NCBI RefSeq assembly: GCF_009914755.1
Contig: NC_060940.1
Source: the human T2T-CHM13v2.0 reference genome, Homo sapiens
Direction: 5' to 3' (one strand)
DNA: 64,000 nucleotides
Under the pieces are notes generated by a model. That model had not been told where the DNA came from. It searched no databases and was given only the letters and a program-made list of their open reading frames with translations. Both the position numbers and the translations under genes were made by a program. Shown here one piece after another: positions 30,001-45,200 of this stretch. Every line of letters begins with the position of its first letter. Position 1 is the stretch's first letter.

Positions 30001-32447
30001 TTCGATGATGATTACTTTGGATTCCATTCTATGATTCCATTCAATTCCATTCGTTGATGATTCGATTCCATTCAATGATGATTCCATTTGAGTTCATTCG
30101 ATGATTCTATTCGATTCCGTTCGATGGTGATTCAATTCTATTATATTGGATGATTCCACTCGATTCCATTTGATGATTATTCCATTGGAGTCCACTTAGT
30201 GAATCCTTTAGATTCTACTCGACGATGATTCCATTCGAGTCCATTCAATGATACCATTCAATTTCATTCGTTGATGCTTCCATTCAAGTGCATTCGATGA
30301 TATCATTCGATTCCATTTGATGATAATTCCATTTGATTCCATGTGATGATTCTATTCGATTCCATTCAATGATAATTCCATTCAATTCAGTGATTCCTCT
30401 GGACTCCATTTGATGATGATTCCATTCAATGATTCCATTCGATTCTATTCCAAAATGATTCCATTTGAATCCATTTGATGATGATTCCATTAGATTCCAT
30501 TTGATGATTCCATTCGATTGCATTTGACGATGATTCCATTCGATTCCATTTGATGATTCCATTCTATTCTATTCGATGATGATTCCATTCGATTCCATTT
30601 GATGATGATTGGATTCGATTCCATTTGATGATTTCATTTGATTCCATTCGTTAATGATTTCGATCAACTCCATTCGATGATTCCATTTGATTCCATTCGA
30701 TAATGATTACATCCGAGTCCATTCGATGATTCCATTTGAGCCCGTTCGATAATTCCATTTGAGTCCAATCAATGATTCCATTCATTTCCATTCAATGATT
30801 CCATTCGAGTCCATTTGATCATTCCGGTAGTGTCCGTTCGATGTTGATTCCATTGGAGTGCATTCGATGATTCCATTCGAGTCCATTTTATGATTTGATT
30901 CGAGTCCTTTCGATGATTCCATTCGATTCCACTCGATGATGATTTCATTCGAGTCCATTCGACACTTCCAATCGATTCCATTTGATGTTTCCATTCGAGT
31001 CCAATTGATGATTCCATTCAATTCCATTCGATGATGATTCCGTACGATTCCATTCTGTGATGATTCCATGTGATTGCATTCCATGATGATTCCTTTCGAT
31101 TGCATTCGATTATGATTCATTTCGTGTTCATTCTATGGTTCCACAGGTTTCCATTCGATGACGTTTCCGTTCGTGTCCATTCCATTATTCCATTCTATTT
31201 CATTTGATGATGATTCCATTCGATTCCATTCATTGGTGATTCCACTCAATTCCATTCAATGATTCCATTCCATTTCTTTCAACAATGATTCCATTAGTTT
31301 CTATTCGATGATCCACTTGATTCCATTTGGCGATGATTCCATTCGTGTCCATTCGATGATTCCATTTGATTCCATATGATGATGATTCCATTCGATTCCA
31401 TACCATGATGATTCCATTCGAGTCCATTCAATGGTGATTCCATTCAATTCCATTCGATGATTCCTTCCGATTCCATTCGATGATGATGGCATTCGATTCC
31501 TTTCAATCATTCCCTTTGATTCCATTCAAAGGTGATTTCATTCAAGTCCATTCGATAATTGCATTCGATTCCATTCTATGATGATTCCATTCGAGTCCAT
31601 TTGATGATTCCATTCAATTCAAGTCAATGATGATTCCATTCAATTCCACTCGATGATTCCAGTGGATTCCATTCGATGATGATTCCATTCAAATCCATTC
31701 GATAATTCAATTCAAGTCCATTCGATGATGATTCCAATCGAATCCATTCAAAGATTCCATTCAATTCCATTCGATGATGATTCCCTTAGATTCCATTCGA
31801 TGATTCCACTTGATTCCATTTACGATGATTCCATTCGATTCCATGTGATGAATCCATTCAATTCTATTCAATGATGTTTCCATTTGATTCCATTGGACCA
31901 TGATTGCCTTTGATTCCATTCAATGATTCCATTCGGTTCCATTTGATGATGATTCCGTTCGATTCCATTTCATTATTCCATTTGATTCCATTGGATGAGT
32001 CCATTCGATTACATTCGATGATTATTCCATTCGAGTGCATTAGATGATTGCATTCGAGTCCATTCGATGATTCCATTCGATTCCATTCGATGTTGATTCT
32101 GTTCAAATCCATTCGATGATTCCACTCGATTCCAATCGATGACTCCATTTGATCCCATTCGATGATTTCCTGTGATTCCCTTTGATGATCATTCTATTTG
32201 ATTCAATTCGGTGATTTCATTTCATTCCATTCAGTGATGTTTCCATTCGACTGTATTCGATGATGATTCCATTCGACTCCATTCGATTATGATTTCATTC
32301 AATTCCATTCAATAATGATTCCCTTCGAGTCCATTCGATGATTCCATTCGATTCCATTCAACGATGATTTGATTCGTTTCCATTCGATGATTCCATTTGA
32401 TTCCACTTGATGATGATTCCATTCGAGTCCATTTGATGATTCCATTC
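27090..32447 (+). repeat. Near-canonical unit, sister of 3665-8976, running into the same non-canonical segment
   Basis: Carries the same +16 and +3 alleles and the same junction into the non-canonical segment. Landmark offset to the sister copy is 23,425-23,471 bp. Confidence 0.88.
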
Positions 32448-33349
32448 GAGTCTATTTATGTATTATATTCGTGTCCACTTCATGATTCCATTCAATTCCA
32501 TTTAATGTTGATTCCATTTGATTCCATTTGATGATTCAGTTCGATTCCTTGCAATGATTCCCTACGATTCCTTTCTCTGATGATTCCATTCGATTCCATT
32601 CATTGATGATTTCATTCGACTCCATTCGATGATGATTCCTTTCGATTCCATTTGACGATGTTTCCATTCGAGTCCATTCGATGATGATTCTATTCAATTC
32701 TGTTCTATTATGATTCCATTCGATTTCATTCAATGCTTCTATTTGATTCCATTCGATGATGATTCCATCTCTTTCCCTTCGATGATTCCTTTTGATTCCA
32801 TTCAGTGATGATTCCATTTGATTCCATCTGATGATGATTTCACTTGATTCCTTTCAATGATGATTCAATTCAAGTCCATTCGATGATTCCATTGGAGTCC
32901 AAACGATCATTCCGTTCGATTCCATTCAATGGTGATTCCATTCATGTCCATTCGATGAATCCATTCAATTCCATTCGATGATGACTCCATTCGAGTACAT
33001 TCGATGATTCCATTTGATTCCATTTGAAGATGATTCCATTCAATTCCATTCGAAGATGATTCCATTCAATTCCATTCGATGATGATTCCGTATGAATCCA
33101 TTCTCTGATTATTCCATTCGATTCCATTCATTGACGATTCCATTCAATTCCATTCAATGATGATTCTCTTCTATTCCATTCGATGATTCCGGTCGATTCC
33201 ATTCGATGATGATTCCATTAGATTCCATTCGATTGTTGCATTCGATTCCCTTCGATGATGATTCCTTTGAATTCCATTCGATTATCATTCCGTATGAATC
33301 CATTTGATGATTATTCCATTGGATTCCTTTCGATGATGATTCCATTCGA
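32448..33349 (+). repeat. Non-canonical HSat2 segment, truncated second copy (~0.9 kb)
   Basis: Matches 8977-~9878 at a constant offset of 23,471 (9065/32536, 9471/32942, 9683/33154), then switches to canonical sequence at about offset +220. Confidence 0.9.
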
Positions 33350-36300
33350 GTCCATTCGATGATTCTATTCGAATCCATTTGATGATTTCTTTTGATTATA
33401 GTTGTTGATGATTCCTTTGGAGTCCATTCCATGATTCCATTCGATTCCAATCGATGATGATTCCATTAGTGTCCATTTAATGATTCCATTTGATTCCAGT
33501 CTCTGATGATTACATTCGAGTCCATACGATGATTCCACTCAATTCCATATGATGATGATTCCATTCGATTCCATTCGATGATTCCATTCTATTCTATTCA
33601 ATGGTGATTCCATTCGAGTACATTAGATGATTCCATTCGATTCCATTCAATGATGATTCTATTTGTGTCCCTTACATGGTTCCACATGATTCCATTAGAT
33701 GATGATACTATTTGAGCCCATCCAATGATTCCCTTCGATTCCATTCGATGAGGATTCCATTCGATTCAATTCATTGGTGATTCTATTCAATTCAATTCTT
33801 TGATTCCATTCCATTCCATTCGACAATGATTCCATTCGATTTCTTTCGATGATTCCACTCGATTCCACTTGACATTGATTCCATTCGATTCCATTCAATG
33901 ATTCCGTTTGATTCCAGTGGATGATGATTGCCATCGATTCCATTCGATCACTCCATTCTATTCCATTTGATGATGATTACATTCGATTCCATTTGATGAT
34001 TCCATCTGATTCTATTCGAGGATTCCATTTGATTCCATTCGATGATGATTCCATTTGAGTCCATTCGATGATTTCATTCGAGTACATCCAATGATTCCAT
34101 TCGAGTCCATTTGATGATTCCATTTGATTCCATTTGATTATGATTCTACTAGAGTCCATTCAATGACTCCATTCGAATCCATTCAACAATTCCATTCGAG
34201 TCCATTCGAAGATTCCATTTCATGATTCCATTCGAGTCCATTTAATCATTACAGTCGAGTCCGTTTGGTGATTCCACTGGATTTCTTTTGATAATGATAC
34301 CATTCCATTACATTTGATGATGATCCCATTCAATTTCATTTGATGATGATTCCATTAGAGTCCATTCAATGATTTCATTCGAGTCCCTTCATTGATTCCA
34401 TACGATTTCATTGGATGATGACTCCATTCGAGTCCATTCGATGATTCCACTCGATTCCATTAGATGATTCCATTGGAGTCCATTTGATTGTTCCATTCGA
34501 TTCCATTCGATTCCTTTCGAAGATTATTCCATTTGAGTCCATTCGATGATGTTTCCATTCCATTCCATTCCATTCGATGATTCCGTTTGATTCCGTTCGA
34601 TGATTCCCTTTGATTCCTTTCTATGATGATTCCATTCCATTCCATTCAATGATTCCATTCGAATCTATTCCATGATGATTCCTTTCGATTCCATTCGCTG
34701 ATGTTTCCGTTCAATTCCATTCGATGATGATTCCATTCGATTCCATTCATTGAGGATTCCATTGGATTCCATTCAATGATGATTCCATTCTATTCCATTC
34801 AATGATTGCATTCAATTCCATTCAATGATTATCCCCTTAGAGTAAACTCAACGATTCCATTCAATACCATTCGATGATGATTCCTTTTGAGTCCATTCAA
34901 TGATTTCATTCAAGTCCATTTGATGATTCCTTTCAATTCCATTCTATGATGATTCCATTCGAGTCCATTCGATGATTCCATTCGATTGCATTCGACGATT
35001 CCCTTATATTCTATTCAACGATGATTCCATTCGAGTCCATTCGATGATTCCATTAGAGTACATTTAATGATTGCTTTGTTTTCAATTCGAAGATGATTAC
35101 ATTGGATTCCATTCTTTGATACCATTCGATTCCATTCAATGATGATTCCACTCAAATCCATTGGATGATTCCATTCGTGTCCATTCGGTGATTTCATTAG
35201 ATTCCATTCGAGGATGATTCCATTCGATGATTCCATTCAATTCCATTCGATGATGATTCCATTCCAGTCCATATGATCATTCCATTTGATTTCATTCGAT
35301 GATGATTCCATTCGATTCCATTCGACGATTCCATTCTATTCCATTCGAGGATGATTCCATTCGAGTCCATTCGATCATTCCATTCGAGTCCATTTAATGA
35401 TTCCATTGGGTTCAATTCAATGATGATTACATTGGATTCCGTTCTATGATTCCATTCAATTCCGTTCATTGACAATTTGATTCCATTCGATGATGATTCC
35501 ATTTGAGTTCATTCGATGATTCTATTCGATTCTCTTCGATGGTGATTCAATTCTATTATATTGGATGATTCCATTCGATTCCATTTGATGTTGATTCAAT
35601 TCGATTCTATTCGATGATGATTCCATTGGATTTCACTTGATGATTCTATTCGATTCCATTCAATGATGATTCACTTCTCGTCCATTGGATGATTCCATTT
35701 CATTCCATTCGATGATGATTCCATTCGATTCCATTCGATGATTCCATTTGATTCCATGCGACGGTGAGCAATTCGATTCAATTCCATGATGATTCTATTT
35801 GATTCAATTAGATGATGTTTCCATTCGAATCCATTCCATGATTATTCCATTGGAATCCATTCGGCGATGATTCCATATGAGTCAATTCAATGATGATTCC
35901 ATATGGGTCCGTTCGATGATAATTCCATTTGATTTCATTCGATGCTTCTATTCAATTCCAGTTGATGATGATTCCGTTGGAGTCCATACGATGATTCCAT
36001 TTGATTTCATTTGATGATGATTCCATTCGATTCCATTCGATGATGATTACATTGGATTCCATTCTATGATTCCATTCAATTCCATTCGTTGATGATTCGA
36101 TTCCCTTGAATGATGATTCCACTTGAGTTCATTCAATGATTCTATTCGATTCCGTTCGATGGTGATTCAATTCTCTTATATTGGATGATTCCACTCGATT
36201 CCATTTGATGATTATTCCATTGGAGTCCACTTAGTGAATCCTTTAGATTCTACTCGAAGATGATTCCATTCGAGTCCATTCTTTGATACCATTCAATTCC

Positions 36301-39236
36301 ATTCGTTGATGCTTCCATTCAAGTGCATTCGATGATATCATTCGATTCCATTTGATGATAATTCCATTTGATTCCATGCGATGATTCTATTCGATTCCAT
36401 TCAATGATAATTCCATTCACTTCAGTGGTTCCTCTGGACTCCATTTGATGATGATTCCATTCAATGATTCCATTCGATTCTATTCCAAAATGATTCCATT
36501 TGAATCCATTTGATGATGATTCCATTAGATTCCATTTGATGATTCCATTCGATTCCATTCGACGATGATTCCATTCGATTCCATTTGATGATTCCATTCT
36601 ATTCTATTCGATGATGATTCCATTCGATTCCATTCGATGATGATTGGATTCGATTCCATTTGATGACTTCATTTGATTCCATTCGTTAATGATTTCGATC
36701 AATTCCATTCGATGATTCCATTCGATTTCATTCGATAATGATTACATCCGAGTCCATTCGATGATTCCATTTGAGCCCGTTCGATAATTCCATTTGAGTC
36801 CAATCAATGATTCCATTCATTTCCATTCAATGATTCCATTCGAGTCCATTTGATCATTCCGGTAGGGTCCATTCGATGTTGATTCCATTGGAGTGCATTC
36901 GATGATTCCATTCGAGTCCATTTTAGGATTTGATTCGAGTCCTTTCGATGATTCCATTCGACTCCACTCGATGATGATTTCATTCGAGTCCATTCGACAC
37001 TTCCAATCGATTCCATTTGTTGTTTCCTTTCGAGTCCAATTGATGATTCCATTCAATTCCATTCGATGATGATTCCGTACGGTTCCATTCTGTGATGATT
37101 CCATGTGATTGCATTCAATGATGATTACTTTCGATTGCATTCGATTATGATTCATTTCGTGTTCATTCTATGGTTCCACAGGTTTCCATTCGTGTCCATT
37201 CCATTATTCCATTCTATTCCATTTGATGATGATTCCATTCGATTCCATTCATTGGTGATTCCACTCAATTCCATTCAATGATTCCATTCCATTTCTTTCA
37301 ACAATGATTCCATTAGTTTCTAATCGATGATCCACTTGATTCCATTTGACGACGATTCCATTCTTGTCCATTCGATGATTCCATTTGATTCCATATGATG
37401 ATGATTCCATTCGATTCCATACGATGATGATTCCATTCGAGTCCATTCAATGGTGATTCCATTCAATTCCATTCGATGATTCCTTTTGATTCCATTCGAT
37501 GATGATGGCATTCGATTCCTTTCAATCATTCCCTTTGATTCCATTCAAAGGTGATTTCATTCAAGTCCATTCGATAATTGCATTCGATTCCATTCTATGA
37601 TGATTCCATTCGAGTCCATTTGATGATTCCATTCAATTCAAGTCAATGATGATTCCATTCGATTCCATTCGATGATTCCATTGGATTCCATTCGATGATG
37701 ATTCCATTCAAATCCATTCGATAATTCAATTCAAGTCCATTCGATGATGATTCCAATCGAATCCATTCAAAGATTCCATTCAGTTCCATTCGATGATTCC
37801 CTTAGATTCCATTCGATGATTCCACTTGATTGCATTTATGATGATTCCATTCGATTCCATGTGATGATTCCATTCAATTCTATTCAATGATGTCTCCATT
37901 TGATTCCATTCGACCATGATTGCCTTTGATTCCATTCAATGATTCCATTCGGTTCCGTTTGATGATGATTCCGTTCGATTCCATTTGATGATTCCATTTG
38001 ATTCCATTGGATGAGTCCATTCGATTACATTCGATGATTATTCCATTCGAGTGCATTAGATGATTCCATTCGAGTCCATTCGATGATTCCATTCGATTCC
38101 ATTCGATGTTGATTCTGTTCAAATCCATTCGATGATTCCACTCGATTCCATTCGTTGACTCCATTTGATCCCATTCGATGATTTCCTTTGATTCCCTTTG
38201 ATGATCATTCCATTTGATTCAATTCGGTGATTTCATTTGATTCCATTCAGTGATGTTTCCATTCGACTCCATTCGATGATGATTCCATTCGACTCCATTC
38301 GATTATGATTTCATTCAATTCCATTCGATAATGATTCCCTTCGAGTCCATTCGATGATTCCATTCGATTCCATTCAACGATGATTTGATTCGTGTCCATT
38401 CGATGATTCCATTTGATTCCACTTGATGATGATTCCATTCGAGTCCATTTGATGATTCCATTCAATTCCATACTCCGATGATTTCTTTTGAGCCCACTCA
38501 ATGCTTCCACTCGATTCCATATGATGATGACTCCATTCGATGAAATTCGATGATGATTCCATTCGCTTGCTTTTGATGATGATTCCACTTGAGTCCGTTA
38601 GAAGATTCTATTCAATTACATTCCATGACGATTCCGTTCGAGTCCATTTGATGATTCCATTAGACTCCATTCGACGATGATTCCATTCGATGTTATTCGA
38701 TGATTCCATTTGATCTCATTCGATGATGATTCCATTCAACTCCATTCGATGTTTCCATTCGAGTTCATTCTATTATTCCATTAGATTCCATTCGATGATG
38801 ATTCCATTCGATTCCATTTGATGATTGCATTCTATTTCATTTGATGATGATTCCATTCGAGTCCACTCGATGATTCCATTCGAGTCCATTTAATGAATCC
38901 ATTGGTTTCAATTCTATGATGATTACATTGGATTCCATTCGTTGATGATTTCATTCGGTTCCATTCAATGATGATTCCATTCAATTCCTTTCAATGTTTC
39001 CATTCAATTCCATACGATGATGATTCCATTTGATTTGATTCGACAGTGGGCCATTCGATTCAATTCCATGATGATTCTATTTGATTCAATTGGTTGACAT
39101 TTCCATTCGATTCCATTCGATGATGATTCCCTTTGATTCCGTTCAAAGATGATTCCATTCTAGCCCATTCAATCATTCCATTCGATTCTATTCAATGATG
39201 ATTCCATTCATGTCGATTTGGTGATTCCATTTGACT
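33350..39236 (+). repeat. Transitional unit lacking its first ~200 bp; the 3' part carries right-domain variants
   Basis: Landmarks are in canonical order with small 5- and 10-bp indels. Variants GATGTCTCC, CATTCGTTGACTCC, CATACTCCG and GCCCACTCA first appear at ~37890-38500. Confidence 0.82.
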
Positions 39237-42200
39237 TCATTTGATGATGATTCCTTTCAAGTTCATTAGATGATTCCATTCGATTCCATTTGATGATGAT
39301 CCCATTCGAGTCCATTCAGTGATTCCATTCGTTTCTATTCCATGATGATTCCATTCCTTTCCATTCAATGATTCCATTCGATTCCGTTTGATGATGATTT
39401 CATTCGAGTCCATTTGATGATTCCATTTGATTCCATTCGATGATGATTCCATTCGAGTCCATTCGATGATTCTATTCGAATCCATTTGATGATTTCTTTT
39501 GATTATATTTGGTGATGATTCCATTGGAGTCCATTCAATGATTCCATTCGATTCCAATCGATGATGATTCCATTAGAGTCCATTTAATGATTCCATTTGA
39601 TTCCAGTCTCTGATGATTACATTCGAGTCCATACGATGATTCCACTCAATTCCATATGATGATGATTCCATTTGATTCCATTCGGTGATTCCATTCTATT
39701 CTATTCAATGGTGATTCCATTCGAGTACATTAGATGATTCCATTCGATTCCATTCAATGATGATTCTATTTGTGTCCCTTAGATGATTCCACATGATTCC
39801 ATTACATGATGATACTATTTGAGCCCATCCAATGATTCCCTTCGATTCCATTCGATGAGGATTCCATTCGATTCAATTCATTGGTGATTCTATTCAATTC
39901 AATTCTTTGATTCCATTCCATTCCATTCGACAATGATTCCATTCGATTTCTTTCGATGATTCCACTCGATTCCACTTGACATTGATTCCATTCGATTCCA
40001 TTCAATGATTCCATTTGATTCCAGTGGATGATGATTGCCATCGATTCCATTCGATCACTCCATTCTATTCCATTTGATGATGATTACATTCGATTCCATT
40101 TGATGATTCCATCTGATTCTATTCGAGGATTCCATTTGATTCCATTCGATGATGATTCCATTCGAGTCCATTCGATGATTTCATTCGAGTACATCCAATG
40201 ATTCCATTCGAGTCCATTAGATGATTCCATTTGATTCCATTTGAAAATGATTCTACTAGAGTCCATTCAATGACTCCATTCGAGTCCATTCAACAATTCC
40301 ATTCGACTCCATTCGATGATTCCATTCGATTCCATTTGATGGTTCCATTCGAGTCCATTTAATCATTACAGTCGAGTCCATTTGGTGATTCCACTGGATT
40401 TCTTTTGATAATGATACCATTCAATTACATTTGATGATGATCCCATTCAATTTCATTGGATGATGATTCCATTAGAGTCCATTCGATGATTTCATTCGAG
40501 TCCCTTCATTGATTCCATCCGATTTCATTGGATGATGACTCCATTCGAGTCCATTCGATGATTCCACTCGATTCCATTAGATGACTCCATTGGAGTCCAT
40601 TTGATTGTTCCATTCGATTCCATTCGATTCCTTTCGAAGATTATTCCATTTGAGTCCATTCGATGATGATTCCATTCCATTCCATTCGATGATTCCGTTT
40701 GATTCCATTCGATGATTCCCTTCGATTCCTTTCTTTGATGATTCCATTCCATTCCATTCAATGATTCCATTCGAATCTATTCCATGATGATTCCTTTCGA
40801 TTCCATTCGCTGATGTTTCCGTTCAATTCCATTCGATGATGATTCCATTCGATTCCATTCATTGAGGATTCCATTTGATTCCATTCAATGATGATTCCAT
40901 TCTATTCCATTCAATGATTGCATTCAATTCCATTCAATGATTATCCCATTAGAATAAACTCAACGATTCCATTCAATACCATTCGATGATGATTCCTTTT
41001 GAGTCCATTCAATGATTTCATTCAAGTCCATTTGATGATTCCTTTCAATTCCATTCTATGATGATTCCATTCGAGTCCATTCGATGATTCCATTCGATTG
41101 CATTCGATTATTCCATTATATTCCAGTCAACGGTGATTCCATTCGAGTCCATTCCATGATTCCATTAGAGTACATTTAATGATTGCTTTGTTTTCAATTC
41201 GAAGATGATTACATTGGATTCCATTCTATGATACCATTCGATTCCATTCAATGATGATTCCACTCAAATCCATTGGATGATTCCATTCCTGTCCATTCGG
41301 TGATTTCATTAGATTCCATTCGAGGATGATTCCATTCGATTCCATTCGATGATTCCATTCAATTCCATTCGATGATGATTCCATTCCAGTCCATATGATC
41401 ATTCCATTTGATTTCATTCGATGATGATTCCATTCGATTCGATTCGACGATTCCATTCTATTCCATTCGATGATGATTCCATTCGAGTCCATTCGATGAT
41501 TCCATTCGAGTCCATTTAATGATTCCATTGGGTTCAATTCAATGATGATTACATTGGATTCCGTTCTATGATTCCATTCAATTCCGTTCATTGACAATTT
41601 GATTCCATTCGATGATGATTCCATTTGAGTTCATTCGATGATTCTATTCGATTCTCTTCGATGGTGATTCAATTCTATTATATTGGATGATTCCATTCGA
41701 TTCCATTTGATGTTGATTCAATTCGATTCTATTCGATGATGATTCCATTGGATTTCACTTGATGATTCTATTCGATTCCATTCAATGATGATTCACTTCT
41801 CGTCCACTGGATGATTCCATTTCATTCCATTCGATGATGATTCCATTCGATTCCATTCGATGATTCCATTTGATTCCATGCGACGGTGAGCAATTCGATT
41901 CAATTCCATGATGATTCTATTTGATTCAATTAGATGATGTTTCCATTCGAATCCATTCCATGATTATTCCATTGGAATCCATTCGGCGATGATTCCATAT
42001 GAGTCAATTCAATGATGATTCCATATGGGTCCGTTCGATGATAATTCCATTTGATTTCATTCGATGCTTCTATTCTATTCCAGTCGATGATGATTCCGTT
42101 GGAGTCCATACGATGATTCCATTTGATTTCATTTGATGATGATTCCATTCGATGATGATTACATTGGATTCCATTCTATGATTCCATTCAATTCCATTCG

Positions 42201-45200
42201 TTGATGATTCGATTCCATTCAATGATGATTCCATTTGAGTTCATTCGATGATTCTATTCGATTCCGTTCGATGGTGATTCAATTCTATTATATTGGATGA
42301 TTCCACTCGATTCCATTTGATGATTATTCCATTGGAGTCCACTTAGTGAATCCTTTAGATTCTACTCGACGATGATTCCATTCGAGTCCATTCGATGATA
42401 CCATTCAATTCCATTCGTTGATGCTTCCATTCAAGTGCATTCGATGATATCATTCGATTCCATTTGATGATAATTCCATTTGATTCCATGCGATGATTCT
42501 ATTCGATTCCATTCAATGATAATTCCATTCAATTCAGTGATTCCTCTGGACTCCATTTGATGATGATTCCATTCAATGATTCCATTCGATTCTATTCGAA
42601 AATGATTCCATTTGAATCCATTTGATGATGATTCCATTAGATTCCATTTGATGATTCCATTCGATTCCATTCGACGATGATTCCATTCGATTCCGTTTGA
42701 TGATTCCATTCTATTCTATTCGATGATGATTCCATTCGATTCCATTCGATGATGATTGGATTCGATTCCATTTGATGATTTCATTTGATTCCATTCGTTA
42801 ATGATTTCGATCAATTCCATTCGATGATTCCATTCGATTCCATTCAATAATGATTACATCCGAGTCCATTCGATGATTCCCTTTGAGCCTGTTCGATAAT
42901 TCCATTTGAGTCCAACCAATGATTCCATTCATTTCCATTCAATGATTCCATTCGAGTCCATTTGATCATTCCGGTAGGGTCCATTCGATGTTGATTCCAT
43001 TGGAGTGCATTCGATGATTCCATTCGAGTCCATTTTAGGATTTGATTCGAGTCCTTTCGATGATTCCATTCGATTCCACTCGATGATGATTTCATTCGAG
43101 TCCATTTGACACTTCCAATCGATTCCATTTGATGATTCCATTCGAGTCCAATTGATGATTCCATTCAATTCCATTCGATGATGATTCCGTACGATTCCAT
43201 TCTGTGATGATTCCATGTGATTGCATTCAATGATGATTCCTTTCGATTGCATTCGATTATGATTCATTTCGTGTTCATTCTATGGTTCCACAGGTTTCCA
43301 TTCGTGTCCATTCCATTATTCCATTCTATTCCATTTGATGATGATTCCATTCGATTCCATTCATTGGTGATTCCACTCAATTCCATTCAATGATTCCATT
43401 CCATTTCTTTCAACAATGATTCCATTAGTTTCTAATCGATGATCCACTTGATTCCATTTGACGACGATTCCATTCTTGTCCATTCGATGATTCCATTTGA
43501 TTCCATATGATGATGATTCCATTCGATTCCATACCATGATGATTCCATTCGAGTCCATTCAATGGTGATTCCATTCAATTCCATTCGATGATTCCTTTTC
43601 ATTCCATTCGATGATGATTGCATTCGATTCCTTTCAATCATTCCCTTTGATTCCATTCAAAAGTGATTTCATTCAAGTCCATTCGATAATTGCATTCGAT
43701 TCCATTCTATGATGATTCCATTCGAGTCCATTTGATGATTCCATTCAATTCAAGTCAATGATGATTCCATTCGATTCCATTCGATGATTCCATTGGATTC
43801 CATTCGATGATGATTCCATTCAAATCCATTCGATAATTCAATTCAAGTCCATTCGATGATGATTCCAATCGAATCCATTCAAAGATTCCATTCAGTTCCA
43901 TTCGATGATTCCCTTAGATTCCATTCGATGATTCCACTTGATTGCATTTACGATGATTCCATTCGATTCCATGTGATGATTCCATTCAATTCTATTCAAT
44001 GATGTCTCCATTTGATTCCATTCGACCATGATTGCCTTTGATTCCATTCAATGATTCCATTCGGTTCCGTTTGATGATGATTCCGTTCGATTCCATTTGA
44101 TGATTCCATTTGATTCCATTGGATGAGTCCATTCGATTACATTCGATGATTATTCCATTCGAGTGCATTAGATGATTCCATTCGAGTCCATTCGATGATT
44201 CCATTCGATTCCATTCGATGTTGATTCTGTTCAAATCCATTCGATGATTCCACTCGATTCCATTCGTTGACTCCATTTGATCCCATTCGATGATTTCCTT
44301 TGATTCCCTTTGATGATCATTCCATTTGATTCAATTCGGTGATTTCATTTGATTCCATTCAGTGATGTTTCCATTCGACTCCATTCGATGATGATTCCAT
44401 TCGACTCCATTCGATTATGATTTCATTCAATTCCATTCGATAATGATTCCCTTCGAGTCCATTCGATGATTCCATTCGATTCCATTCAACGATGATTTGA
44501 TTCGTGTCCATTCGATGATTCCATTTGATTCCACTTGATGATGATTCCATTCGAGTCCATTTGATGATTCCATTCAATTCCATACTCCGATGATTTCTTT
44601 TGAGCCCACTCAATGCTTCCACTCGATTCCATATGATGATGACTCCATTCGATGAAATTCGATGATGATTCCATTCGCTTGCTTTCGATGATGATTCCAC
44701 TTGAGTCCGTTAGAAGATTCTATTCAATTACATTCCATGACGATTCCGTTCGAGTCCATTTGATGATTCCATTAGACTCCATTCGACGATGATTCCATTC
44801 GATGTTATTCGATGATTCCATTCGATCTCATTCGATGATGATTCCATTCAACTCCATTCGATGTTTCCATTCGAGTTCATTCTATTATTCCATTAGATTC
44901 CATTCGATGATGATTCCATTCGATTCCATTTGATGATTGCATTCTATTTCATTTGATGATGATTCCATTCGAGTCCACTCGATGATTCCATTCGAGTCCA
45001 TTTAATGAATCCATTGGTTTCAATTCTATGATGATTACATTGGATTCCATTCGTTGATGATTTCATTCGGTTCCATTCAATGATGATTCTATTCAATTCC
45101 TTTCAATGTTTCCATTCAATTCCATACGATGATGATTCCATTTGATTTGATTCGACAGTGAGCCATTCGATTCAATTCCATGATGATTCTATTTGATTCA

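Noticed and set aside
40949-40960. AATAAA hexamer (also at ~47065) as a polyadenylation signal
   Set aside because: It arises from a single substitution (GAGTAAA to GAATAAA) in two sister units only, with no supporting gene context.
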